Source: Octopus bimaculoides (lineage: Eukaryota). From it: DNA of 64,000 bases. This document shows, one piece after another, positions 51,519-64,000 of the stretch. Location of the stretch: the NCBI RefSeq assembly GCF_001194135.2, contig NC_068986.1, positions 100,273,231-100,337,230 of the forward strand. Direction: 5' to 3'. The notes under the pieces are model-generated. The model saw only the letters and a program-made list of their open reading frames with translations. It did not search any database and was not told the origin of the DNA. How positions within the stretch are numbered: position 1 is the first letter of the stretch; each line of letters begins with the position of its first letter. A program made the position numbers and the translations under genes.

Positions 51519-51993
51519 AAGATAGGAAAAATGTTAAAAAATATGTAATACTAATCTTATCGAAAATTATAAACGTGACATTATCGACTTTATGTTTATT
51601 AGAATATAAACTAACAGAAATATTACATGCAAATCTTATCTTAACGATTCTTTCGTCTAAAATGAAATTTAAACGAAATTTGAGGTTAAACTAAAATTAA
51701 AAACGTAATATAAATAACTTTAATTTTAATATAAAGTAGCAAACATTAATTTATATAAAAATAAGTATATAATTATTAAATAATAAAAAAAACATTTTAT
51801 AATTTTAGTTTAACTTAAAATTTCGTTTAAATTGTATTTAAAACGAAAAATTCGTGAAGATAAGATTTGCATTTGATATTGCTGTTAGTTTATATTCTAA
51901 TAAACGTAAAGTTAATAATGTCGCGTTTATAATTTTCGATAAGATTAGAATTACATTTCTTTTTAATAATATTTTTTAACATTTTTCTATCTT
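51519..51993. repeat. Long imperfect inverted repeat (fold-back/MITE-like), arms about 185-200 bp
   Basis: 51519-51705 is the reverse complement of about 51792-51993, with scattered mismatches. Confidence 0.85.
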
Positions 51994-52039
51994 AACAGAG
52001 GGTTAATTATAGATGGAACAAAAAAAAAGGACAAAGGGG

Positions 52040-52440
52040 TTACGTCCAATACATCGACCTCAGTGTGCAACTGGTACTTCTTCAATCGAGCCCAAAAGGG
52101 TGAAAGGAGAAGTTGACCTCAGCTGAATTTGAACTCAGAACGTAACGGCAGACATAATACCGCTAAGCATTTCGCCCGGCGTGCTAACAATTCTGTCAGC
52201 TTGCTGACCTCTACCATAATATATATTATGAGGCGGTGAGCTAGCAGAATCGTCAGAACTTTGGGTAATATTCTCAACGACGTTTCGTCCGTTTTTACGT
52301 TGTGAATTCAAATTCCGCTGAGGTCAACTTTGCCTTTCATCCTTTCGGAGTCAATAACATAACCAACTAACAGTTGAGCAGTGTGGTTGTTGTAATCGAT
52401 TTAGTATCACCCCGGAAATTTCTGGCCATATAACAAAATT
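52040..52440. mobile_element. Head-to-head pair of family-A SINEs
   Basis: Minus copy at 52040-52205 and plus copy at 52230-52440. Confidence 0.8.
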
Positions 52441-53036
52441 TAAAATTAATATATATACAATATGAAAATGATTTTGGACAAGCTGAAGTGTGTTCTGAAG
52501 CACAAGAGATGGAACGCTCTCTTCCATATCACGGATAGCAATACTAATACAAATCTATTGCATATTATACACACGTACAAGTACACTACACACATACATG
52601 CATTCATATATATATATATGTATATGCATATATATATATNNNNNNNNNNTAAACTGACATATGAATATATAAATGTGTGTGTGTGTGTGTGTACGTGTGC
52701 ATATTTGTATGCATATTATTTCTTTAAATCTTGTGCTTCATCATATTCTGTTGCTTGTTCAAAAAATTTTACACATAATATATGCTATTAAGATGAATGA
52801 TATTTTGGTAGATTGGGCAAGTTGTATAAATCAATATTCACGACTTTGGTCAATGGACATGAAAAGTGCTATATCATAAAATATATTACTTCATAATATG
52901 CGATTACTTCATAAAATGCAATACTATATAACATGACAGTAGTTTTAATATAGTGTGCAATACAAAACTGAAAACCAGCTTCAAGGAAACAGATTTGTGT
53001 GTAGTTTTGTTTCAATAATCTTTTCTACAATACTAT

Positions 53037-53445
53037 GAGCTGGCAAAAACGTTAGCACGTTTCTACCAGCTCGCTAACGATTACAGAAACGTTAGCACGT
53101 TTCTACCAGCTCGCTAACGATTACAGAAACGTGCTAACGTTTCTGTAATCGACGTAATCCCTTTGTCTGTCCTTGTCTGTACCCTCTATGTTTAGCCCCT
53201 TGTGGGCAATAAAGAAGTAAGAAACATTAGCACGCCGGACGAAATGCTTAGCGGTATTTCTTCTGCCACTGCGTTCTGAGTTCAAATTCCGCCGAGGTCG
53301 ACTTTGCCTTTCATCCTTTCGGGTTCGATAAATTAAGTACCAGTTACGCACTGGGGTCGATATAATCGACTTAATCCGTTTGTCTGTCCTTGTTTGTCCC
53401 CTCTGTGTGTAGCCCCTTGTGGGCAGTAAAGAAATAGATATTTCT
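53037..53445 (+). mobile_element. Rearranged family-A SINE multimer
   Basis: Fold-back head with 40-bp tandem duplication, tail, body unit starting AGAAACATTAGCACGCC, second tail. Confidence 0.8.
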
Positions 53446-53464
53446 TCTGAGTTCAAATTTAGAT

Positions 53465-53585
53465 TCCATCTACCAAATCCACTCATAAATCTTTAGTCGA
53501 CTCGAGGCTATATTAGAAGTCACTTCCCCAAGTTCTTATGCAGTGGGACTGAACCCGGAACCATTTGGTTGGGAAGCAAGCGTTC
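53465..53585 (-). mobile_element. Family-B SINE head fragment
   Basis: CTACCAAATCCACTCA..GTGGGACTGAACCCGGAACCAT. Confidence 0.75.
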
Positions 53586-54014
53586 CCGCATATGTAGTTT
53601 GCGTAGGTATTTTCTCAGTGTGTAAATCACTATATTTGTGTTGTCTTAAAGTTTGTTTTCTTTGATTCACAGAATCATACATTTTAACGACTCTTTTGTA
53701 TTGCATAGTAGTACCCAGTTATAAAATACACAGCTTACTATTATCAATAAAATATATTATATTGTACACCATTGATTATAATCAATACACAGTTATGAGT
53801 ATTATTTTATTCCGTGTAGTATGTATTATCTTAACATTTTATTGGATAAGCTGAAGAGAGTTGTCATGCACAAGGGACGGAATTCGCTCTTCCACACCAT
53901 AAATAAATAACTATGATGCGCTATCTTTTCACCAAGACACTTCTTTCTACAGTATGTTTCACCCAAATAGAAATATAGGTTACAATGATTTATTTCTTGA
54001 TAGTATATATATAT

Positions 54015-54146
<132 letters not shown>

Positions 54147-54766
54147 GTTTATGTATGTATGTATGTATATACACATGTGTGTATGCATGTGTATGAGAGC
54201 GGTGTGTAAATGTATGTGCGTATGTGAATGTTCATTTTAGTGAGGGATGTTCTATATTTAATAGAAAAACAGACGTGTCATTTTTTTGTTCTGTGAAATC
54301 AAAGAGTCAGACACATTATCGTAGAAACTGATGTAGTTTGTATTTTCATTTTAATCTTTGAAGCTGTATTTACGCGACAAGTAGAACGAAATTTTAGTAT
54401 ATAATATAATACAATGATACCTACTTTAAAATCACTATCTTCGTGTTAGTATCTGATGTATATGATTTGGCAAAAATGCCTGAGCGTGAGCAGCAGAAAT
54501 ACATCCATTCGTCAATAAAATTCTACGTGTCAGCGTAACCTCTTAGTAATAGATACTAATTATGCCTAAAATCTAAATTCATGTCTCTAATTAATATAGA
54601 AGGGTTTGATGTCGCAGATACAATATATAAGAAATGGCAGGGCAGTCATAGCTAAAATATAGTAGGACCGTTAATACTTATCGAACGGAAAGCAAAAATA
54701 TACCAACTGAATTGTGCATGATGTCGAGGCAGTGATGGTGAACTACAACAATATATTTGTCTATTG

Positions 54767-54820
54767 GCGTGAACATAAGCTAACGCCTGTGAAATCACAG
54801 GCGTTAGCTTATGTTCACGC
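54767..54820. repeat. Perfect 26-bp inverted repeat with 2-nt spacer
   Basis: GCGTGAACATAAGCTAACGCCTGTGA-AA-TCACAGGCGTTAGCTTATGTTCACGC. Confidence 0.95.
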
Positions 54821-55220
54821 TAACAAACATTTGTGAGGTAGCGCATAATCTAAGTGCGGTGACAAGTTATATGTAAGAATCGTAAACTCCGTAATACTGG
54901 AACGATATGAGCTAAATGTACAAGTAATGCCTTTATCGCTTCAGCGAACAGAATATTAATTTATCACATAAAGATATTACACATTAGAAAGAAGGGATTT
55001 ACTTGTGTTCCAGTATACATATAGAAACTATTCTATAGACAATGTGAAACGTGGTAAATTGAACGCTAAACGGAAAAACTCAAGGAAGGTAAAACGCTGT
55101 AAGAAAGTGATAAAGGAAGTAACAGACGGCATTTTCCTTTTTCACGCGAAAGACGACCATTTGAGATTCTTAATATATAAACTAACACCAGTGAAATATC
55201 AGTACATTCATGCATACATA

Positions 55221-55265
<45 letters not shown>

Positions 55266-55554
55266 ACACACACATATATATATATAGCCATTTTAACGAT
55301 GCGTCCTGCCCAACTCTTCGAAACGCCGGTGTTAAAACGGGGGTAGCTGAGGAAGGAAAATGTTCTCTATGTGGCTTGTGTGTTTCTGTACTCTGGTTAT
55401 TATTATTTTCTTGTCTACGTTTTGTTTGCAACGTCCTGTACCCAGATATGCATCTATATATACAGGTAAAAGTAGGTATGCACTTACCTGTAGGAATATA
55501 TGCATATACTCATTTATTATTTGTTTTTATATATACATTTATATATATACATAT

Positions 55555-55701
55555 ACGTCGAGCTTCTTCCAGTTTCCGTCTGTCAAATTTACTCACAAGG
55601 CTTTGGTTGGCCTGAGACTATAGTAGTAGATGCCACCCAGTGGGACTGAACCTATGACCATGTGGTTGGTAGGCAAGCTACTTACCACACAGCCACTCCT
55701 G
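55555..55701 (-). mobile_element. Family-B SINE 5' half
   Basis: Minus head AGGAGTGGCTGTGTGGTAAGTAGCTTGCC..GGTTCAGTCCC. Confidence 0.8.
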
Positions 55702-56456
55702 TAACAGATTTATTTCTGTACATATATTTATTCAATATACTTGATACGTTTACATATATTTGATTAGCCTCAGAATTCTGAAATACAACTTTACTCGAGA
55801 GATTCACAATCAGAAGACAAAGAATCAAAACTAAATACTACAAGTTAAAATATCTATTGTTATACTACGTCCCTACCACTTCGCCATCGCAATAAATATG
55901 GCTATTGAATATAGAAATTGAATAGTAACACTTATAGCTAAAACTAGTGTGATAATCATTTCCATCTTTATCAAGAAAGTTACATATTACTTCATATATA
56001 TAGTGAATGATAGTATGCCAAAACTCAACAATTGAATTTAACTGCACAATAATTGTAATTCTCAAAAGAACAGAGAGAATCGATTTGGAGTTATATATTT
56101 CGCTACATAGGGAAATATTATCAACTTACGTCGTAAGTGAATTTAATTAACAAAACTAATTACTTAAAAAGTAATTAACTATGAAATTAATGACAAAAAG
56201 AGCAACTGAAAATAGTCTGGTTTCCATTTCCGTATGCAATAAACTTTTTAATCTCACACACTTCCCAACTTCGCAAGTTTTATTACAACAAATGCATAAA
56301 AAATTTGGGTCAATAATATATTTATATAAGGCATTACAAACTGCTCGAATAGAAATGTACAATAAACGCTACTTGGATCTATTATAGTAGTAGTCTAAGT
56401 TATATCTATACTCACATACACAAACACAAGAACACACGCATGCACACACACACACA

Positions 56457-56506
<50 letters not shown>

Positions 56507-56544
56507 AATATATATATACTTATGTATCCTGCTTCCGTCACTAA

Positions 56545-57230
56545 TATATTCATCCATTCGTCGCCGGGCACTATTCCTGCGAGGGCCGTTGGGGTAGAAT
56601 CCTCAGTCATTTTCTCCAAACGTTACAATCAGATGCAATCTTCATTAGATATTCCGGCTGGATTCCTAAGCGCCACCATCTGAGACTATGGATATTATTG
56701 CACCACCTCGTTCATATTCTACTACTAAGTCTCCCACCCGTTGGCTCGGCTTCACGAACCCGTCTTTAGATTCCTTTCTACTGAATTCTCATCGCATGTC
56801 CATAGCATCTTTCAACGCGGTGAATTAGTGGCTAGACATGAAGATACAACCTGATCTTCAGGTTCAACACCTAATCAAATAATGTTACTTCATAGACTTT
56901 CCTGAGCAATCTTATTACGGCCTTTTACATTCGCGATCATCCTCTATCGGTCATCACCCAATATTCATGACCATACTTGAGAATAGGCAGCAAAATCGAA
57001 CTGCAAAAACCGAGTTGAGTCTTTGCTTACAAACTTCTCCTCTTCTGAGGACAAAGTGTGACGGCTAACGCATTGCTTTGCTGGCATCCACAATTCTTGT
57101 ATTCAATTATGTCTTCTGTTCCCTATCACACATGAATAAAACCCAAAGTCACGCGCGAGGATTTGCTGAAAGGTTCATGGCTTTAAAAATATTGTGAAAT
57201 GCCTGGTTGGAGGCGCAATCTTTTGAGTTC
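56545..57230 (-). mobile_element. RTE-clade (Expander/Rex3-like) LINE 3' fragment
   Basis: ILKYGHEYWVMTDR, YGHAMR, EAEPTG, TRW..IHSLRWWRLGIQPEYL..LPQRPSQE*; tail GAATGGATGAAT. Confidence 0.8.
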
Positions 57231-57309
57231 TTTTACATGGCTTAGAAAAGCTGAAAAACCGTTGCAATAAGTGTGTTATTCTTAGGGGAAAATATCCTTT
57301 TATTTTTTA

Positions 57310-57480
57310 TTCTTTTACTTGTTTCAGTCATTTGACTGCCTTGAAGGGTTTTGGTCTAACCGACTGACCCGAGTGATTATTATTTACTATCCGCCAGTTT
57401 TGCCGAACTGCTAAGTCACGGGGACGTAAACACACAAACATCTGTTGTCAAGCGGTTACGGGGGAGACAAACACAAGCAC
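57310..57480 (-). mobile_element. Family-B SINE 3' half
   Basis: TTACTTGTTTCAGTCATTTGACTG..GGGGACGTAAACAC..TGTCAAGCG..GACAAACAC. Confidence 0.8.
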
Positions 57481-57528
57481 GGACATATGCACATATATAT
57501 ACATGCACATATATATAAATATCTATAC

Positions 57529-57595
<67 letters not shown>

Positions 57596-57598
57596 GCC

Positions 57599-57676
<78 letters not shown>

Positions 57677-57848
57677 TGTGTGTGTGTGTTGTGTGTGTGT
57701 ATGTGTGTGTGTGTGTGTATAGCTATATATATATATATATATACTTATATATAATGATATTTTCTGTGACGGAAGTAGTAGAGTACAGTATAAAACTCGT
57801 CCACCTTCAAATTTTACCCTGTGCTATCCAGCAGTATATTATACGTAC

Positions 57849-58306
57849 TTCCAGATTTGCCTTATACTTCTGTAGTGTGTCAATAGATAATTGAATATGT
57901 TAGCGTCATCAGGGAGCTCGGCTGGACATTTGTTTACAATCACTACAGTTGCTTTTACGCAACGTAGTTCACCAAGTCTGCATGTTATATAGCCGTTTCC
58001 CTGCATTATGAGAACTAGTTGTGTTTCCTCAGGTGATATATAAATATTTTCTTCGTAAATTGAAATTTTCGGTTCCAAGAGCATCATCTCAGTCTGTCGT
58101 GGCCTGAAGTTATCAGTAGCCACTGAGTCTATCAAGAGATGTGTTGTGACCGCAAATCCGTTGGCAAATTGCTTTGAATACATGGATGGAGTGGATAGTG
58201 GTTTGCTACTGTCAAAGGGATTGTCGTTTTTAAAGGGATTGGCATTTGATTTCTTTGTACTGTTGATTTGTTCTTCATGGCTGGTTACACTTGCGAGTGT
58301 CCTTAG
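57849..58306 (-). CDS. Candidate coding exon of an unidentified protein (two NPF motifs)
   Basis: Stop-free 152 codons LRTLASV...NANPFKNDNPFDS...RQIWK with non-repetitive composition; acceptor GGTCAG| (alternative TTCTTAAAG| at 58311); donor AA|GTACGT at 57848. Confidence 0.5.
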
Positions 58307-58438
58307 CTGACCTTTAAGAACAGGTGTACACATAAATGCTCGCACACATATACAACTATATACATTCTCATGCTCGGCCACACACGCATGCACACGCACA
58401 CAACATACACACAATAGTGTTCTACTAACCGCAGTTAC

Positions 58439-58552
58439 CTGTTCTTTTTGAGATCGTATATGGAAATATGTGTTGTAGACGTAGGTGTTCAGTTTGCGCT
58501 TATCATTTCTCATCATATCATGACGGTCATATGTCCACTGCTGCTGCCACTT
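58439..58552 (-). CDS. Candidate upstream coding exon (38 codons, phase 0-0)
   Basis: KWQQQWTYDRHDMMRNDKRKLNTYVYNTYFHIRSQKEQ; acceptor TTAACAG|; donor CAG|GTAACT; 132-nt TG-rich intron joins in frame to the next exon. Confidence 0.42.
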
Positions 58553-61089
58553 CTGTTAATGATACCCATGTCTTCTTAGGTGGAAAAATTTAATCAGAGT
58601 TGGATTTAGCTGCTTTTTTTCTAAAAATTAAAGGGTCTCTCGTTGCCTCCTTAACATTATTTCCTGTATATATCCGAGCGATATACACTTTGGTATGCAA
58701 CGAATTATTATAGGCTCAGACAGAAGATATAATATAATAGGGACTGGATATTTACCCAGAATATTTCGGAGATTGGTAAAGACAAATATACAAAACAAAC
58801 AAATCTGCTATAATTATTTTCAAACCTTATCTACAAGACTTAGGTAATATCATTTGTGAGACTTACGCAAATCATTTGTTTGGATGCTTGCCAGATTCAT
58901 CAAAATCGGAAGGTAATCGTACTCCAAGTCTACTTGAAGTCATAACTTTGCCAACTTCTATCTTATTTGAGAATCGTGATGAATGAAACTAATTATACTA
59001 ACGGAGCAATAATAACGTTCACAACAGAAAACAACTGGTTTTAGTTCTGTAGAAGCTCTCTGTAATATGATACATTATGTATAATTTGTGGTTTTAAGTG
59101 CTTTCCCATCTCTTGCCGTGTAGCCCAATGTCAGCTTCACGTGAGAAAATGTATCATGAAAATATTGTAACAGCCATCATCCTCATTTATTCTTCAAGTA
59201 TAATATGTATTTATTCAGACATTGTCCAATGAGTTACTTTGTTTCCCTTAAATCATAGACCGTGGTGTGAGTTGCATTTCATTGACAATCGTTGCTGCTG
59301 TAATGAAGGAGAGAATACTCTCTCCTTTTTTCTGTTGTTCACACTTGTTCTTCGAACGTGTTATAATTATAGAGTGAAAAGCAGATTTGTGAAATGCGAT
59401 TGTTTAATTGTAACATTAAGGTTTAGTGTTCTCAGCAATAAATATCTTAACGCTAAATTTGCCTTTTGGCGGATGATGTTTTCCAATTTAAACTTTAAGA
59501 GATTCCAATTTGCTACATGATGAAATGTACTTTTATTCATTGACTTGTACAGTAACACTTCAGTAAATACGGCGAAAGCTACAGCATCGCCAGTTAGATT
59601 AGGATACAAGATGAATATAAAAGCAGATGCCTTCGTGAAATATAATATATATCATAGACTGATACTATTATTTTTTTCTTCACCAGTGTAGAGTTTTAAT
59701 AAGCTTTTCCATCCTCTATGCATTGATTATGTTAACACTGACTAACCAAACAGGCGAAACCATGTTACTTAGATTACATGAATATAGAAAGTTAACATAA
59801 CATAATGTTCCTGATATGTTAAAACAGAGCGAATGATATCTTAGTATATCTTCACTGACTGACCTGTTCGAAGTGTTTTATTTATTTATTTATTTATGTT
59901 CATGGAAAAACTGCATCTGCTGGGACATATTTTGAACTATCAGACGTTGTTTGACAATTCAAAGATATTTTAACTCTGCATGTTGAGAATAAGAAGTCCC
60001 ACATTAGAATAATTCCTTCATCTCTAGGACGAAGCCCTTTTCTTGGCCAGCATTAGTTTCTTTCCAAAAATCTATAAGCAGGGCCAAATGTTGTTTGATG
60101 GAGTTTTATGTTATTATTAACAGTCAGAGTCGACTCAAACGTTTCATAGGTTCTACACTTTTAAATAGGTTTTGTACCCGCTGAACACGATACCCTCGTA
60201 TAATAGATGAAGCTAATATTTTAACGTCCATATATATATATATATATATATACATGCATATATGTATGTGTGTGTGCGGGTGAACGCGCGCGTGTGTGTG
60301 TATGAGAGTATATATTAATTAATAGTTATCTCATTGCGACTGTTTATGTATTCGATAGTAAATAATTAATATATAATACTTGCTAAATTTATCATATGCT
60401 AAAATAGGATTCATAGAAAATATATTCCCCATTATATATACATTTGAGTGAGGATTGCACATTCAATTTGCCTACATTGATTAAAATATAGTTTTCAGAG
60501 TATACAATACGTGCTCTGTACATATTGTGAGATTTCATCGACTACCCTAATTATTTCTTCAGTAAATCAGCATTTGAGTAGAGAAGGTAACCTCCACACA
60601 TCAGCAACGCTTCCGTTCCCCCTAATGTCTCACTGAGTGTTAAACTAATGGCAAAACTTTATTTTTTCTTTGGTAGTTACGTTGATGTAAATAACAAAGA
60701 AATATATGTAAGTGTATATATATATATACAAACGCATAGACATATATTTATACATACATACGCACAGTACTCACACGTATGTGTTGCTAGTATTTTATCG
60801 ACTGTATTTTATAGCTACACAAATTCTAAAAACACAGAAGAAATACCTAGACACGCCTCCATACAAATATATAACAAAGTCGCAGAAAATCATTGTCTGG
60901 TGGGATTCAATGTACACACATACACAGACACACATATATGCATGTATGTGTTTATGTATGTATGTATGTATGTATGTATGTGTATATGTATGTGTGTGTG
61001 TGTATGGGGGCTATATATATAACCATATGTATATATACATGCATCTATGTATATATCAATGGATATATAAATACGTGCATAGATCTGCA

Positions 61090-61159
<70 letters not shown>

Positions 61160-64000
61160 TATATNNNNNNNNNNNNNNNNNNNNNNNNNNNNNNNNNNNN
61201 NNNNNNNNNNNNNNNNNNNNNNNNNNNNNNNNNNNNNNNNNNNNNNNNNNNNNNNNNNNNNNNNNNNNNNNNNNNNNNNNNNNNNNNNNNNNNNNNNNNN
61301 NNNNNNNNNNNNNNNNNNNNNNNNNNNNNNNNNNNNNNNNNNNNNNNNNNNNNNNNNNNNNNNNNNNNNNNNNNNNNNNNNNNNNNNNNNNNNNNNNNNN
61401 NNNNNNNNNNNNNNNNNNNNNNNNNNNNNNNNNNNNNNNNNNNNNNNNNNNNNNNNNNNNNNNNNNNNTATATATATATATATATGCCATAATTGGTAGT
61501 GTTGTCATCATACTTGTGTCGATACTTCTATCGGCTAACAAAACAAGTTCGCATTAATAAAAACAGGTTGTAATTTTGTTTCGGCGCAAATACTGCTTCC
61601 AAGGTATTTTTGAGCATAAACATGTCTTATTCTATTTTTATAATGTCATAACTGGCTAATTCGACAAATAACTTCAAAAGGCTGCAGAAATATAATACTC
61701 GCTTAGAAATATTCTTAGATAACCTATTTTTTTTTATTATGTATTACATTCCCGCTTTTGAGATTAATATTTGAAATCAATAACACGTCTTCGTACAACA
61801 ACTTGTAATTCTAGTTTTGTTGAAAACATATTAATGTGCTAAGTTTTTACTTTCTTTCATTAAGCGTTCTATAAAGAGAATTAAAATTTCTGCAGAACTA
61901 CGATCGTTATCTGATATCGATATTCAGTTGAGATCAATTTCATTTCGGTTATTTGCACTATGTCTATCCTAGAAAAACGAACTTATTAGTCACGTAAGTT
62001 CTGACCCATAATTATATGCCTTCCAAACATAGCCATTCTTCCTTCTTACAAAACATTGCCCTATTTAACTTCATTTGATACTATGGGGCATCACCTGAGT
62101 ACCAAAGTGATGTAGTTATTCTTATTTAGCAAGGCGAAATTCTGTTATGATTAATGTATCTCCACTATATTCTCATGAAGGTGAGAACCACATTTACTTC
62201 TCGCAACATACTAAAGATCGTGTTAAGATCTTCCTGATTTGTTTAATGAGACGTTGAATCGAAACCATGATCTATATACGATAATGATAGTATAATTGTC
62301 TAAACAATCAATCAACGCGTTGTACATAGTCAGCATATGCTCCTGAAAACATTTCTGCCAACTATCTTAGAAAAGGAGGAACGCATTGAGTATATGCGTC
62401 AAAACAATCGATGATCTTTGTTTGAACATGTCTGATTTAAGTTAATTTTTTTTTCTCCTTTTCCGTTTACGTCTAGCAAAGTAAGGCATCTTGCTAATTC
62501 ATGGTGGTAGCTATGAAATCAATTTTCTTTCATAGATATATAATATGTGTTATTGGGATAATTCCGAGAATTAGAACAATTACTTTTTTCTGAAAGAATA
62601 CAATTCCTTATACCAAATCTAAATATTGATACGTTTCATAGTACTAAAATGCAGATCGGCTATTTACATACTTTCGATCATTTTTCGCTTTGCACATCTA
62701 CTCCCAGTTCAATAAAATACTTAATATAGAATGTATTGAAGTCTTTATCATTAATCGATTAAAATCATTAAAGGCGGTATGTCGATGGATAGAATACAAA
62801 GGAAGAAAAGCGTAACACTTTTAAAAAATGACAAAAGAATTTAATCTATAAATAATAAAACATATTGCTGATATATTTTGAACATTCTAAACAAGATCTA
62901 TAACCATGACACTTTTAGGTTTAATGGTATCAGTACTTGAAGAACGAGGAGCAATACTACATTGCTTTTACTTAAGTAAAACCTTGCATTATTATATTCA
63001 TGTTACACAACGCCTTATCTATCCTGAGTTGTCTAGGTAATTGCACAGTATTGGTCTCATATAGGGACATCCATAGCTAATCTCGAAATATATCGTTGCT
63101 ATTATGTAAAAGTATCGTAAGTCCAAAACGAGTTTTTTTCAGAAAACGAAAAAATAGTTTCACCATTCCATAGCAAACCCATTGACAATTTTTGATATCT
63201 TTTGATGTCTTTGACAATTTTTGATATCTTGGCATCTGAAGCAACTGGAGAAACTATAGTTTGACAAAAAAAAAAAAAACCGGCTATTACAAGCAAAAAT
63301 AAATAAAAGCTTTCTTGTAAAACCCAACTGTGTAACCCAAATTAAATGCAACTCGAAAATCAAAAGTAAAGCGAAAACGTATCATCTACAATTAAGCAAT
63401 TAAAAAGCAAATGTATGATTCATAAGGAATTAATTAGGCGCTTACATTTCCTCCATGACACCCATCTTAGAAAAAAGCACGCACGCACTTAAATAAAAAT
63501 ATACACAAACAGTTTACATAGCTATAGAAGTACATATTTACATATAGCCAAATTATATGTTTCTATGTATCTGTCTGTATGAGAAAACAAATGCATGTTT
63601 TTTATTACAGAGAGTATTGTATTAGAATATACACCAGTAATTAGTTTACCGCGTACACTGTAGCTTAATAATTTCAAGATGTATTTAAATTGAATTTTGC
63701 ATGATATATCATGAGAAATTGGTAACAAAGAGAGAAATATAAAGAAAGTGAAACCTGATTATCAAGAATAAATAAACAGCCAACCACCTCCGCAGAAAAC
63801 AAACAAAAATTAAAACAAGCTATGTTAAAGAAAAGACGTAATAGAGTTTAGAAAAGAAACAATCCGAAGGCATTCTTTTAATCTGATTTCCTGATTGACA
63901 TTCTTTTAAAAGTGAAGTGAGTACCGTATGCCGTCGGTTTAAAATATAAACTTAATAAGATTTTATCATCGGATTTCATCTATATATATATATATATATA

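Noticed and set aside
59367-59609. 80-aa minus ORF upstream of the candidate exons
   Set aside because: No convincing donor in the open frame and no recognisable domain.

Overview
AT-rich eukaryotic, mostly non-coding DNA with dense microsatellites and many N-gaps next to (TA)n/(CA)n tracts (largest about 9179-10161, 10624-11190, 39579-39880, 42061-42914, 43738-43991, 46531-47265, 48267-48608, 61165-61469). The SINE families and microsatellite load suggest an octopus genome; this is inference from recalled repeat families. The window is dominated by retroelement debris: at least four tRNA-derived SINE families, several R4/Dong LINEs in (TAA)n tracts, CR1-like, RTE and I-like LINE fragments, Penelope-like elements, a DD37D (maT) transposon relic and a probable solo LTR. 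The only host-gene candidate is a two-exon minus-strand segment (58552-57849) encoding an unidentified protein with two NPF motifs. Most interesting: (1) an ORF1-only (RRM-like plus CCHC) non-LTR retroelement inserted in a tRNA-derived SINE head with an exact 15-bp target duplication; (2) a Penelope GIY-YIG element whose terminus carries a Pol III tRNA-like head, an (AAT)n tract and a minimal hammerhead-like motif, with short copies elsewhere; (3) a pre-miRNA-like hairpin at 46313-46398. Most ORFs in the supplied track are artefacts of microsatellites or N runs.
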